Assembly (NCBI GenBank): GCA_963817915.1
Contig: CAWFQL010000009.1
Span: forward strand, 1-64,000
Source of the DNA: an uncultured candidate division Zixibacteria bacterium
GTDB taxonomy: Bacteria > Zixibacteria > MSB-5A5 > UBA10806
Direction: 5' to 3'
Length of the DNA stretch: 64,000 nt
Both the position numbers and the translations under genes were made by a program. This document shows, one piece after another, positions 1-10,718 of this stretch. The notes under the pieces are model-generated. The model made no database searches, had not been told where the DNA came from, and worked only from the letters and a program-made list of their open reading frames with translations. Every line of letters begins with the position of its first letter. Positions within the stretch are counted from its first letter, which is position 1.

Positions 1-2
1 GC

Positions 3-1841
3 GACTCCTGGGCGCGTGTCTTATTTATTACTGACTCAACAAGCGCCATAGATGTCGCAATCAACCCGGCCAATCCCAGCATTCTTTATGCCGCTATGTG
101 GGAACGAATTCGCCGCCCCGAGGATCGACGAGTGGGAGGACTGACCACTGGAATCTGGAAGACAACCGATGGCGGCGATACCTGGAACAGGCTCACCACC
201 GGTTTACCTCCTCAATCAATAAATAATGGGCGAATTGGCTTGGCGGTGTCGCCATCGAATCCCTCTATCGTATACGCCAGCTATACTGATAATCCGGGAA
301 ATTTGATGGGCATCTGGAGAACAACAAATGGTGGCACAAACTGGTCATCGCGACTCGTAACCCCTGATCCTTCCAGCTTTTCAGGATTCGGATGGTACTT
401 CGGGCAGATCAAAGTACATCCGACCAATTCGAATACAGTCTATTTTGATGATGTGGAATTTTGGAAAAGTATTGACGGAGGCGCCAATTGGAATTCGATT
501 ATGGGCTCGATGCATGTCGATTTTCACGCATTATATCAAGATGCTACTAATCCTAATTTCATGGTTTCCGGCAATGATGGAGGCGCGTTTATATCATCAA
601 ATGGCGGTAGTTCATGGAGAAAATGTCTCGATCTGCCAATTACGCAATTCTACGCCATTACAATTGATAAGCATACTCCGCATAGACTATATGGAGGCAC
701 GCAAGACAATAGCACTCCTCGGACAGTTGATGGGCAGGTTGATAACTGGGATGTCATTTTTTATGGCGATGGATTCTATTCCGCAGTCGATTTTACGAAT
801 TCCAATATTATTTATGCTGAAGCTCAATATGGGTATTTGGGCAAATCCACCGATCTCGGCAATAATTTCAATATTGTACTGAATGGGATTAATTCAAGCG
901 AAAGAGCTAACTGGTGCACGCCTGTTGTCATGAGTCCGTTCAATAGCAGAATCCTGTTCTACGGCGCTCAACGAGTGTATAAAACTACCAATGGCGCCAG
1001 CTCCTGGACAGCTATTAGCCCGGATTTAACCGGAGGTCCGGGACCCGGCAATCTCCTTTTCGGTACAATTACTACGATCTCTCAATCGCCGTTATCCGCG
1101 AATGTGATTTGGGCCGGTACAGATGATGCCCGGGTATGGGTGACGACTAATGGCGGGACTAATTGGACCATGGTATCCGATAGCCTTCCCGATCGCTGGT
1201 GTACGAGAGTAACCGCGGATGTTTTCGATACCGCGGCTGCCTATGTCGCCTTCTCAGGATATAAATCTGAGGAGCTGCTTCCGCACATATTTAAGACCAA
1301 TAATTACGGTGCGTCATGGCTGGATATCAGCGGTAATCTAATAGATATACCGGTCAATGATATTTTGCCCGACCCCGCGCGGCCAGGCCGATTATTTATC
1401 GGATCTGATTTTGGAGTCTATTATACAGAAAATGGCGGTGTAATTTGGGAGCCATTGGGGACAAATATGTCGCTCTGTCCCGTATTTGATATCGATTTGG
1501 ATAATGCCACCAGAAAACTGTTATCCGGTACGCATGGCCGTTCAATGTATGCCTATGATTTGGCCCAACTTGACGCGTCGGGATGCCAATACGCTGTCGG
1601 CGATGTCAACGGCAATGGCATTTTCAATGGTCTCGATGTCACATACTTCGTAAATTTTCTAAAGGGGGGACCGGTTCCTCCAGATTCGTGTAATTGCGGC
1701 TCTTTCGGTACCATATATGAGTCGGCCGATGTAAATGGGACATGCACAGTTAATGGCCTTGATGTAACCTATATGGTTAATTATTTCAGGGGTGGGCCAG
1801 ACCCAACATTCTGCAATGATTGTCCTCCAATAAGACGTTAA
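3..1841 (+). CDS. Exported VPS10/BNR-repeat (GH74-like) beta-propeller protein with C-terminal dockerin-like domain; 5'-truncated by window edge
   Basis: The frame is open from position 3 (DSWARVLFITDSTSAIDVAINPANPSILYAAM...). It has many S/T-x-D/N-G-G-x-x-W Asp-box repeats, GGTQDN and THGRS motifs, and a duplicated C-terminal GDVNGxxxxNGLDVTY. Confidence 0.85.
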   Translation, partial: DSWARVLFITDSTSAIDVAINPANPSILYAAMWERIRRPEDRRVGGLTTGIWKTTDGGDTWNRLTTGLPPQSINNGRIGLAVSPSNPSIVYASYTDNPGNLMGIWRTTNGGTNWSSRLVTPDPSSFSGFGWYFGQIKVHPTNSNTVYFDDVEFWKSIDGGANWNSIMGSMHVDFHALYQDATNPNFMVSGNDGGAFISSNGGSSWRKCLDLPITQFYAITIDKHTPHRLYGGTQDNSTPRTVDGQVDNWDVIFYGDGFYSAVDFTNSNIIYAEAQYGYLGKSTDLGNNFNIVLNGINSSERANWCTPVVMSPFNSRILFYGAQRVYKTTNGASSWTAISPDLTGGPGPGNLLFGTITTISQSPLSANVIWAGTDDARVWVTTNGGTNWTMVSDSLPDRWCTRVTADVFDTAAAYVAFSGYKSEELLPHIFKTNNYGASWLDISGNLIDIPVNDILPDPARPGRLFIGSDFGVYYTENGGVIWEPLGTNMSLCPVFDIDLDNATRKLLSGTHGRSMYAYDLAQLDASGCQYAVGDVNGNGIFNGLDVTYFVNFLKGGPVPPDSCNCGSFGTIYESADVNGTCTVNGLDVTYMVNYFRGGPDPTFCNDCPPIRR

Positions 1842-1939
1842 TAATCTATATTCAGGTATAATTTTGGAGTTTTTTATATAAAATCCTTGTATTTTGATTA
1901 ATTTCAAGATACAATTTCGACAAGTAAAGGAGGTACTTT

Positions 1940-2167
1940 TTGGCAAATGAGCATAAACCTAAAAAGGTTGCCGCGAAAAAGACTATCGTCAGGAAGACGG
2001 CCAGTCCAACGCCCGCTATGAGCAGTATTAATGTTGAAGATTATATCGATGAGGTTCGAGCAAGGGCAATGGAGATTTTTCACGAGCGGGCAGGGGGCCC
2101 CGGAGATGAACTCTCCGACTGGCTTCAGGCGGAACGGGAAATAAAGAAGAAATACAAGTTAAAATAA
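1940..2167 (+). CDS. DUF2934-family small protein
   Basis: TTG start after AAGGAGG; VRARAMEIFHER...DWLQAEREI signature with a Lys-rich N-terminus. Confidence 0.7.
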   Translation: MANEHKPKKVAAKKTIVRKTASPTPAMSSINVEDYIDEVRARAMEIFHERAGGPGDELSDWLQAEREIKKKYKLK

Positions 2168-2238
2168 TTGGCGTATAGGCTTATGAATCAGCCTTGAAGC
2201 AAATTTATTTCTTAATTCCCAGGGAAAATAGCCTTATG

Positions 2239-2266
2239 GCGGGAGCTTTTTTGAGTCCCGCTTTTT
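2239..2266 (+). terminator. Rho-independent terminator
   Basis: GCGGGA...TCCCGC stem followed by TTTTT. Confidence 0.6.
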
Positions 2267-2323
2267 CTTGGATAATTTAATTTTTTACGAAAATAAAATA
2301 TATCTGAAGTCAGTTTCGCGTAC

Positions 2324-3310
2324 TCAGGGGCGTCGTGAGTTTTGAAGCATATCCCTGGTAATTATTAAATCTATTTTTACGTCATTGTGGCTTCGGCTGA
2401 CCCGTAATTTATCCAGTATTGCCGCCAGTGGATACTGATCGGATACCATTCCGCCGACGCTTCCGGCGATCTGAATGAATCCCGCTATAAACATGGATGT
2501 GTTTTCGTCCGCAGTACCCAATATCAGTGAGAGAGATGCCTGATTATTTTGCCTATTTATTACAAACCCGACTTCATTGATTTGATCAATTTTCTCAATT
2601 AATACAGCGAATGATTTTGCTTTGGCTGCTTCTGGAAGAAATTGTTCCTTTATGACAGTCCTTAAAGGCGGAGATAGGATACCAAATGCCGCAATTGCGC
2701 ACGATGTATCGCTGTAGAAACTGTCCTGTATTTTCCTGTAGATGCCTTCCCGCCGAAATGCGTTTTTTTTCATAATCTTGATATCCATTAAATCCTTAAT
2801 AATCTGATCCGATCCTCCAATCGCGATTCCATATCCGATAATTTCTGTAGCGCAAAGATTGTTTCGCGGGTTGTACCAGTATGTCCCCGATGCTGACCAC
2901 CAGAGGAATTTACGCCCCGGGAAATCCTTCTCTTCCCATTTACGCGAACGCAAATTCTTAATAATCGATCTGGCGTCAAATGAACCTCTGATTAAAATCG
3001 CGGCGCGCGGAGCCAGATTCTCGAATCGGTGCGGATTATAAACCTGCTGCCAGGCGGTATCAAATGGAGTAAAAAAGACCATATCCTTAACTTGATCCAA
3101 TTCAATTCCAGCACCAGTTATTATCGCCTTGAAAAAAGCTACCCCGGGAGAAATATCTGAGATTATTGAATCGTTCAAAATAACTGCGGGCCTGGCCATG
3201 ACAATGATTTCAGCATCCTCTGGAATAGGGAAGTCCTCAGAATATGAAACTACAGCCGAGAAGATGACAAACAATATGGCACACAAAGATATTAAGGCGA
3301 ATTTATTCAT
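2324..3310 (-). CDS. Hypothetical exported protein
   Basis: 328-aa ORF with signal-peptide-like N-terminus (MNKFALISLCAILFVIFSAVVSYS); no family recognised. Confidence 0.7.
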   Translation of the reverse strand: MNKFALISLCAILFVIFSAVVSYSEDFPIPEDAEIIVMARPAVILNDSIISDISPGVAFFKAIITGAGIELDQVKDMVFFTPFDTAWQQVYNPHRFENLAPRAAILIRGSFDARSIIKNLRSRKWEEKDFPGRKFLWWSASGTYWYNPRNNLCATEIIGYGIAIGGSDQIIKDLMDIKIMKKNAFRREGIYRKIQDSFYSDTSCAIAAFGILSPPLRTVIKEQFLPEAAKAKSFAVLIEKIDQINEVGFVINRQNNQASLSLILGTADENTSMFIAGFIQIAGSVGGMVSDQYPLAAILDKLRVSRSHNDVKIDLIITRDMLQNSRRP

Positions 3311-3374
3311 CAGGATATTTTACGTCTTATATGGGATTATGTCACTGAATATTTTGCGGATGCGATTTTAAAAT

Positions 3375-3680
3375 CTACCAGATGCCCAGGACATCTTTGG
3401 CGTATTCTGATGCCATTTCGCTGGGATTCCAGGGCGGATCCCAGACAACTTCGATATCGACCTTCTCGACTCCTTCAATTTCTTTTACCGCTTCTTTCGC
3501 TTCGGCGAGAAGTTCCGGACCATAGGGGCAGCCCGGTGTTGTCAATGTCATGAAGATATTCACGATTCTATTATCGAGTATATTAATATCATACACTAAA
3601 CCCAGGTCGACAACATTGAGTCTGATTTCAGGGTCTTCGACTGTCGAAAGTTTTGCCAATATTTCGTCTTTGGTCGGCAT
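3375..3680 (-). CDS. sufT: SufT/DUF59 (MIP18) Fe-S assembly factor
   Basis: VEDPEI..VVDLGL, MTLTTPGCP and VWDPPW motifs; last gene of the suf operon. Confidence 0.88.
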   Translation of the reverse strand: MPTKDEILAKLSTVEDPEIRLNVVDLGLVYDINILDNRIVNIFMTLTTPGCPYGPELLAEAKEAVKEIEGVEKVDIEVVWDPPWNPSEMASEYAKDVLGIW

Positions 3681-3683
3681 ATA

Positions 3684-4151
3684 TTACTCCGTGGTCGATG
3701 GCTTGATTATTTTTCCATGTTCCCAAGACTCGATGGCATCGATAAGCGTAGTCCATGAAAGCAAGGCGCATTTAACTCGCACCGGAAAATTCTTAACTCC
3801 CCTGAGCGCTTCCAAATCGCCTAAATCCGTATTTTCAGCCAGGTCGTTTTCACCTTTTAGTATTGCCTTAATCGCACTGGCGATTCTTTTAACCTCTGTT
3901 AACGATTTGCCTTTAATAATCTCGGCCAGCATCGAGCTTGACGCCACGGAAATGGCACATCCTGCGCATTCGACACCGATATCTTCAACCTTATCGTCAG
4001 CGATCTTAAGACTGACTTCTATTTCATCTCCGCATGACGGATTTTGTCCTTCATTTTGAAGATTGGCATCCTGTATCTTCTTATGGCCGCGTGGGGAGCG
4101 GTAATGATCCATAATTATATCGCGATATAATTCGTCCAGTCGTTCAGGCAT
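3684..4151 (-). CDS. sufU: SufU (NifU-type) sulfur-transfer/scaffold protein
   Basis: LYRDIIMDHY, NPSCGD, GCAISVAS and RVKCALLSW motifs; ATG at 4151 overlaps the sufS stop. Confidence 0.93.
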   Translation of the reverse strand: MPERLDELYRDIIMDHYRSPRGHKKIQDANLQNEGQNPSCGDEIEVSLKIADDKVEDIGVECAGCAISVASSSMLAEIIKGKSLTEVKRIASAIKAILKGENDLAENTDLGDLEALRGVKNFPVRVKCALLSWTTLIDAIESWEHGKIIKPSTTE

Positions 4152-5439
4152 GGCTGAAGTACCTCCTGGCATCTTTTAGCGCTTCAATGAAGACATCGAT
4201 TTCATCTCTGGTATTATAAATATAGAAGCTCACCCGGGCGGTAGCTATGACCCCTAATCTCTTCATCAATGGTTGCGCGCAATGATGCCCGGCTCTAATA
4301 GCAATCCCATTGGAATCCAAAAAGGTTGCCAGGTCATGAGGATGGATCCCATCACATTCGAATGATATTGCTCCGCCGCGGCTCTCGATATCCATCGGGC
4401 CGAAAATACGGACGTAGCTTAGAGTTCTCATTTTCTCTAATGCGTATGAAAGCAATTCAATTTCATGCAGTCGCACATTCTGCATTCCAATATTATTTAG
4501 ATAATCCAGTGCCGGTGAGAATCCGACCGCTCCTGCAATATTGGGAGTGCCGGCTTCGAATTTCCAGGGAAGCTCATTCCAGTCCGCGTAGTCGTACCGG
4601 ACTTCGTTGATCATCTCTCCGCCATACATAAATGGATCCATGGAATTCAGGATTTCCTCTTTTCCATACAGGATTCCGATACCAGTTGGCCCCAGCATCT
4701 TGTGAGCCGAAAACGCCATGAAATCAGCATCGAGATTCCTTATATTCACCGGTAGATGAGGCACGCTCTGGGCGCCATCTATCAATGCCACCGCGCCGTG
4801 AGCATGAGCGTTTCGAATAATCTCCTCGACTGGATTTATTGTCCCCAGCACATTCGACATTTGAGTAATGGCGACTAATTTTGTTCTGGATGTGATAATA
4901 TAATTAAGATTGCCAAGATTCAATTTTCCGTCGTTATCGATAGGTATATATTTCAATTCCGCGCCGGTCTCTTTGGCAAGCATAATCCAGGGTACAAGAT
5001 TCGCGTGATGTTCCATTTGAGTCAGGACAATATTATCACCTTTTTTGATATTCTTTCTGCCCCAGCTATAGGCAACAAGATTAATTGCCTCGGTGGCGTT
5101 TCTGGTATAGATAATTTCGCTGGTATTTCACGCCACCGATAAAATCAGCAATCTTTTTTCTTGTATTCTCGAATGCCTCGGTTGCTTCTTCTGCCAGATG
5201 TATGCATCCCGCGATGAACATTGGCATTGAAAACTTTGTAGTAATTTTCGATTGCATCAATTACGCTTATCGGTTTCTGGGTGGTGGCGGCATTATCAAA
5301 ATAGATCAATTTACTGCCATTTACCGTTCGATTGAGAATAGGGAAATCGGGTCTAATGGATTCGGGATCAAACCCTGATGATATTCGGATTCGATTCTTT
5401 GTCTCCGCTACTGTTGGATTTTCATGCTTTCAATTTCAT
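4144..5439 (-). CDS. sufS: SufS cysteine desulfurase (frameshifted in this assembly)
   Basis: The 3' ORF has [16 protein letters not shown] and RAGHHCAQP. The N-terminus ([21 protein letters not shown]) is recovered across +1 shifts at ~5198 and ~5127. Start uncertain, with a probable third indel near 5430. Confidence 0.9.
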
Positions 5440-5455
5440 ACCGCCGCCTATTCAT

Positions 5456-5770
5456 TCATTCGATAGACATATATAAATAGCCATCGGTTATTTTAGTCTC
5501 GTAGGTTTTAATACCAATGACCGCGGGCATCCTCGTGACTTCACCAGTTTTCAATGAGAATCTGGCTCCGTGACGAGGGCATTGAATCTGGCAGTTAACC
5601 ACGTCGCCTTCGCTAAGATCACCTTCGTCATGTGTGCAGACATTATCGATTGCATAAATAACCCCGTCGAATTTCGCCAGCGCTATCGGCCTTTGTCCAA
5701 CCTCGTAAGTCTTGATTCCTTTTTCCGGTATATCTGTTTCAGGACATACCTGAATAAATTGATCAATCAT
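5456..5770 (-). CDS. Rieske-type [2Fe-2S] ferredoxin
   Basis: CTH and CPRH Rieske ligands; GGGAGG RBS. Confidence 0.9.
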   Translation of the reverse strand: MIDQFIQVCPETDIPEKGIKTYEVGQRPIALAKFDGVIYAIDNVCTHDEGDLSEGDVVNCQIQCPRHGARFSLKTGEVTRMPAVIGIKTYETKITDGYLYMSIE

Positions 5771-7070
5771 TATTCCTCCCCGCCAATTTGATTTGAAATA
5801 AATCCCTCATCTGATTTGCGATCAATGGTGGCAATTTCCCGAGTGTTGGTTCTGCATATCCCGATGCTATCATATTTACGCTTCAGCCATGGCTGACTCC
5901 GCGGCTCTGAAGATAGAAAAGAATATCCGGATCGATCGGCCCCATCGTGGCGCCATGAGTGCAGCGAACCTGATCTGTTAAAATCTCAAGTTCCGGTATC
6001 GATTCGGCCTTTGTGCCCTTATCCAAGAGCAAGTTTCTATTCTCCTGGTAAGCCTCGCAATTGACTGTATCTTTTTCGATCCGAATCAAGCCGGTATAGG
6101 CCGATTTAGAATTATCTTTAAGCACTACCCTAAAATCGAGATTGGAGAATGATTCGCTTTGTCTATGATGATGAGTCGTATGATAATCGAATTGCTGTTT
6201 TCCATCGGCATAAATTACGCCTGACATGCGACTCTCGGCGCCTTTGCCATTCAGGATAGTCCCGGCGTTGACTTTGGATTTTCCGCCGCCCAATCCCAGG
6301 AATGCTGAAACCATATTTGTATTTTTCCCGATGATTGCCCGTTCAGTTATTGTAGTATTAAAATCAGGGGAGAGGTTCTGAAAATTGGCATATTGGACTG
6401 TCGATGATTCTCCGGCGAAAATCTCAACAGCACTATTGAATATCGCGCCCTTATTTTCGCAATGACACGCGTAATTATCTATAATTGTAGCCTGCGAATT
6501 ATTTCCGATAATTACGAGAAGCCTCAATATGGAATTCTTGCCTGTTGGATGGCGATGCAGATAAAACGGCAGTTCAATAGTTGTATTATCCGGGATGAAA
6601 AGAAACAGGCCGCTATTCCATAAAGCCATATTCAATGCTTCGAATTTGCCGAATTGACTGTCGATCAGCTTTCCAAAATATCTTCGGATGACAGTATCAT
6701 TTTCAAGAACCGCCGACAGGAGATTGGAAAAGATTACTCCTTTATTGATAAGCTCGTTGTCCAGCTCCGCGAATGTTCTCGAATCACTGGTATTGTATCC
6801 GGTGCCTGAATATCCTTCGCGAATCCTTCCATGTGCCTGATTGCTATGAAAATACCGCGACGGCGGCATATTCATCAAAGATTCGCTTTCAGGCATTACG
6901 AACAATTCCGGAGTGGTATATTTCCATAGATGCTGATTGCGGGCCGGCAATGGTGTGTCATTATAAAATTCCCAGCTATTCCGGCGCATTTCATAAAGCC
7001 ATTCAGGCTCTAATTTGTCTATCTTGCGGAAAACCGCCGCTTGTTTTTCGAGGGCTATATTGCTATCCAA
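5763..7070 (-). CDS. sufD: SufD Fe-S assembly protein (in-frame TGA at 5883-5885, probably artefactual)
   Basis: [25 protein letters not shown] and FYLQSRG motifs. The frame continues past the TGA for 39 more residues ([11 protein letters not shown]...) to a stop at 5763. Probable TTG start at 7070 overlapping the sufB stop. Confidence 0.88.
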
Positions 7071-8493
7071 CTGAACCCTCCATTTCAAGTTCTATTAATC
7101 TGTTTAGTTCGACTGCATATTCCATTGGTAATTCCTTCGTAAATGGTTCGATGAAGCCATTGATGATCAAAAGTCTCGCCTCATCCTCGGTCAATCCTCG
7201 GCTGGTGAGGTAGAAGAGCTGCTCCTCCGCGACTTTGCTGACCCTGGCTTCATGCTCGATTCGAACGTCATCGGCGTCGATCTCCATCGTGGGGTACGTA
7301 TCCGAGCGAGACGCTTCATCGATAAGCAGCGCGTCGCATTCGACCGAAACCTTGCTTTTAATCGCTGTTGGGTAAACTTTAACCATACCTCTATAAGAAG
7401 CCCGGCCGCCCGCTTTGGAAATTGATTTGGATGTGATTCTCGAACTTGTATTGGGAGCAACATGAATTACCTTCGCACCGGCATCCTGATGCTGACCATT
7501 GCCCGCAAATGCGATAGAGAGTATTTCGCCTCTGGCGCCTTCGCCGACCAGATAGACCGATGGGTATTTCATGGTCAGCTTCGAGCCGATATTGCCATCG
7601 ACCCATTCAACCGTAGCGTGACTATGCACCATCGCGCGCTTGGTAACCAGATTGAAGACATTATGCGACCAATTTTGTATAGTAGTGTAACGAATATAAG
7701 CTCCATCTAAGGCTATCAGCTCGACTACCGCTGAATGAAGTGAATTAGTCGTATAAACCGGAGCAGTGCAGCCTTCAATATAATGTACCCTCGATCCCTT
7801 ATCGGCGATTATCAAGGTCCGTTCGAATTGCCCCATATTTTGAGCGTTAATTCTAAAGTATGCCTGAAGCGGAATCTTCACATCGATCCCCGGCGGCACA
7901 TAAATAAATGATCCACCAGACCAGACTGCCGAATTTAGCGCGGCGAATTTGTTGTCGTTCGAGGGGATGATTGTGCCGAAATATTTTTTCACTATTTCGG
8001 GATATTCTCTCAAACCGCTGTCCATGTCCAAAAAGACAATTCCCTGCTTTTCCAAATCCTCTTTGAGCGAATGATAAACAACTTCCGAATCGTATTGCGC
8101 GGAAACTCCCGCAAGAAATTTCTTTTCGGCTTCCGGTATTCCCAGTCTATTGAATGTTTTCTTGATATTTTCCGGCACACCTTCCCAGGTTTTACCCTGG
8201 CTCTCTTCCGGTCTGACATAATAATAAATGTCATCGAAATCTATGCTGTTAAGCAGAGCCGTATCGCCCCAGGTCGGGATTGGTTTTGATAGAAAAATAT
8301 CCAATGCCTCGTGCCTGAATTGCGTCATCCATTCGGGTTCCTTTTTGAGTCGGGAAATCATTTCCACGACTTCATGGCTCAGCCCCTTGGCTCCCTTGCG
8401 GAAGTAATCCTCGGGATCGTGAAAGCCATACTTTGATTCGTAGTCGTTGCCGATCTCGGCCACGCCGGCGTTTTTATTTAGAAAGTCATCCAT
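7063..8493 (-). CDS. sufB: SufB Fe-S assembly protein
   Basis: [36 protein letters not shown] and EMEGSVG motifs. Confidence 0.97.
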   Translation of the reverse strand: MDDFLNKNAGVAEIGNDYESKYGFHDPEDYFRKGAKGLSHEVVEMISRLKKEPEWMTQFRHEALDIFLSKPIPTWGDTALLNSIDFDDIYYYVRPEESQGKTWEGVPENIKKTFNRLGIPEAEKKFLAGVSAQYDSEVVYHSLKEDLEKQGIVFLDMDSGLREYPEIVKKYFGTIIPSNDNKFAALNSAVWSGGSFIYVPPGIDVKIPLQAYFRINAQNMGQFERTLIIADKGSRVHYIEGCTAPVYTTNSLHSAVVELIALDGAYIRYTTIQNWSHNVFNLVTKRAMVHSHATVEWVDGNIGSKLTMKYPSVYLVGEGARGEILSIAFAGNGQHQDAGAKVIHVAPNTSSRITSKSISKAGGRASYRGMVKVYPTAIKSKVSVECDALLIDEASRSDTYPTMEIDADDVRIEHEARVSKVAEEQLFYLTSRGLTEDEARLLIINGFIEPFTKELPMEYAVELNRLIELEMEGSVG

Positions 8494-8497
8494 TTTA

Positions 8498-9289
8498 CTA
8501 AACTCCTACATTTTCATTGGCATCTTTTTCGATCTGATTATATCCCTGATCTTCGAGTTGAAGCGCCAATTCTGGGCCGCCGGTTTGTACTATTTTGCCA
8601 TCGATCATGACATGAACCCAATCAGGTTTTACATAATTTAGAATTCTCTGATAATGGGTTACAATCAGTATTCCCTGATCTTCCGACGAGCAAGTGTTGA
8701 TGCCGTTGGAGACGATTCTCAGGGCATCGATATCGAGCCCGGAGTCGGTTTCGTCAAGCACCGCCAGCTTCGGATGAAGCATCGCCATCTGCAAAATCTC
8801 GGTTCGTTTCTTCTCTCCGCCAGAAAATCCATCGTTAATGTATCTTGTTGCAAATGAAGAATTTATTTCCAGCAAGCTAAGCTTCTCGTTTAACTCTTTT
8901 CGGAAATTCCTCATGATCTCTTCATCATTATTATATTTCGATTTTATTGCCGACCGCAGGAAATTGGCGACAGTTACTCCGGGTACCGATAGGGGATACT
9001 GGAAAGCCAGAAAGAAACCCGCGCGAGCTCTTTGAGTAGCGTTCATCTCCAGGAGGTTTTGTCCATCGAGATAAGCTTCCCCCGATGTTATCTTATAATT
9101 GGGATGGCCAGCCAGGGCATTGGCAAGGGAAGATTTCCCTGAGCCATTAGGCCCCATGATGGCGTGCTTTTCGCCTTTTTTGATATCCAGCGATATGCCT
9201 TTGACTACTTCCTTGCCTTCCACTTCAACGTGGATATCCTTGATTGAAAATATCAAATCGCTGTTTTTTTCTGTATCTTCATTAACCAT
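8498..9289 (-). CDS. sufC: SufC ABC ATPase
   Basis: [22 protein letters not shown] and [13 protein letters not shown] motifs. Confidence 0.97.
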   Translation of the reverse strand: MVNEDTEKNSDLIFSIKDIHVEVEGKEVVKGISLDIKKGEKHAIMGPNGSGKSSLANALAGHPNYKITSGEAYLDGQNLLEMNATQRARAGFFLAFQYPLSVPGVTVANFLRSAIKSKYNNDEEIMRNFRKELNEKLSLLEINSSFATRYINDGFSGGEKKRTEILQMAMLHPKLAVLDETDSGLDIDALRIVSNGINTCSSEDQGILIVTHYQRILNYVKPDWVHVMIDGKIVQTGGPELALQLEDQGYNQIEKDANENVGV

Positions 9290-9325
9290 TTTATTCTCCC
9301 GTATTTAGAAAGGACCGATCAACTT

Positions 9326-9772
9326 TCATGCATTGTCATTATTTTGAAGGACAGGCATTTTTCCTGTCGCCATCTCTTCCAATGTGATTTTGTCTAATGT
9401 ATTATAAATGTACGAATCGAAATTTTCCCAGATCGCCTTGACCTTGCAATCAGATTTATGAGCGCAGGTTTGATATTCTCCACTATGCCGAGAACAATGA
9501 CCATTGTCATATAGTCGTTCGCCCAGCACATCAAAGATTTCCCTTAATATTATATGTTTTGGATGCTTAGCGAGAACGTAGCCGCCGTTTCTTCCCCTGA
9601 CAGCGCTCACCAATCCGGACTTTCTCAGAATCATCAAAAGCTTTCCGGCGTATGGCAAGGACAGCCCTTCGGCCGAAGCAAATTCAGGCAAGGTAAGCGG
9701 TTTATCAACTCCGCCTTTCGCCAAAAGCAGCATGCATCTTAATCCGTATTCTTCAAGTGCCGTGATTTTCAT
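9326..9772 (-). CDS. Rrf2-family (IscR-like) transcriptional regulator
   Basis: MKIT..EEYGLR, LVSAVRGRNGGY wing and three C-terminal Cys; first gene of the suf operon. Confidence 0.9.
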   Translation of the reverse strand: MKITALEEYGLRCMLLLAKGGVDKPLTLPEFASAEGLSLPYAGKLLMILRKSGLVSAVRGRNGGYVLAKHPKHIILREIFDVLGERLYDNGHCSRHSGEYQTCAHKSDCKVKAIWENFDSYIYNTLDKITLEEMATGKMPVLQNNDNA

Positions 9773-9805
9773 CTTCTCTTACCTATCATCGTCCTTAATT
9801 TACTA

Positions 9806-9829
9806 ATACATTACTAAAAAGTAAAGAAT
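9806..9829. promoter_or_regulatory. Candidate Rrf2/IscR-type operator
   Basis: Imperfect palindrome ATACATTACT-AAAA-AGTAAAGAAT (8/10 arms), 34 bp upstream of the Rrf2 start. Confidence 0.35.
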
Positions 9830-9983
9830 TAATTCAAAAAAAAGTGAAAAACCTCTAACTCACTCAACATAGTAAACTTGTATATATCCCATCAGGTTCC
9901 GGTATCAATCAAGTAAATAATAAATCCAAATTAATCTTATTTATTTATTGCCGTTTGAGCAAATATGTAATATCCATACCCAT

Positions 9984-10002
9984 TGTAGATTCTATATCTA
10001 CA
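9984..10002. promoter_or_regulatory. Palindromic operator-like site upstream of rubrerythrin
   Basis: Perfect inverted repeat TGTAGAT-N5-ATCTACA. Confidence 0.35.
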
Positions 10003-10074
10003 GGGGACAATCTGCGTGCGTACTAATCAACAAAACCCGTTTTCTTGTCAGGGGAGCGGGTCTGTGGAGGAAAT

Positions 10075-10566
10075 GTGAAAACCGATGAGAATCTTCGAGC
10101 CGCTTTCGAGGGGGAGTCAAAGGCATTTATGAGGTATCAGGCCTATGCACGAATTGCTGAGAAAGAAGGCAACAGAACTGTCGCCAAGCTTTTCAAGGCT
10201 CTTGCTGAGGCCGAGCTGGTTCATGCTCAGAATCATCTCGCATTATTGGGTGAAGTTCAAAATACCGAAGTGAATCTCGCCAGCGCTCTCGACGGCGAAA
10301 CCTACGAATTTACACAAATGTATCCGGGATTTATCGAGCAATCTGAAAAAGACATCAATCCAAGAGCCGCGGCATCATTCCGAGGTGCCAGCGCAGTGGA
10401 AAAGATTCACGCCACGATCCTGGCCGAGGCGGTACGCAATTTTGGCAGAGACCGTGAGCAGAGCTATTATGTATGCTCGATCTGCGGGAATACATCCGCA
10501 GGTGAAGCGCCGTCGAAATGCAATGTTTGCGGTGGCTCTAAAGAAAGGTTCAGGCTGGTAGGATAA
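10075..10566 (+). CDS. rbr: Rubrerythrin
   Basis: AFEGES, AEAELVHA, GETYEFTQMYP and EKIH di-iron motifs plus CSICG/CNVCG rubredoxin domain; GTG start after GGAGG. Confidence 0.92.
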   Translation: MKTDENLRAAFEGESKAFMRYQAYARIAEKEGNRTVAKLFKALAEAELVHAQNHLALLGEVQNTEVNLASALDGETYEFTQMYPGFIEQSEKDINPRAAASFRGASAVEKIHATILAEAVRNFGRDREQSYYVCSICGNTSAGEAPSKCNVCGGSKERFRLVG

Positions 10567-10588
10567 TTTTACCAATTTTGTGATTTTG

Positions 10589-10613
10589 AGGACCCCCCGG
10601 TGGGTCCTTTTTT
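10589..10613 (+). terminator. Rho-independent terminator
   Basis: AGGACCC-N6-GGGTCCT followed by a T run. Confidence 0.8.
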
Positions 10614-10615
10614 AT

Positions 10616-10645
10616 TTGACTGTCACCTTATTATAGGACTATAAT
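10616..10645 (+). promoter_or_regulatory. Sigma70-type promoter of pepA
   Basis: TTGACT-18-TATAAT. Confidence 0.55.
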
Positions 10646-10718
10646 CTTAACGATGGAAGGTACTGTAAATCGATTATCATTTTTGCAAGATATATAATTT
10701 TAAATAAGGAGTGTTGTC

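Noticed and set aside
2177..2197. AGGCTT...TCAGCCTTGA hairpin resembling 40770-40791
   Set aside because: Too short, and only two copies in different contexts; chance cannot be excluded.
5883..5885. TGA reassignment (genetic code 25 or 4)
   Set aside because: TGA ends many conserved genes at their expected termini (yicC, cobO, trxB, sufS).
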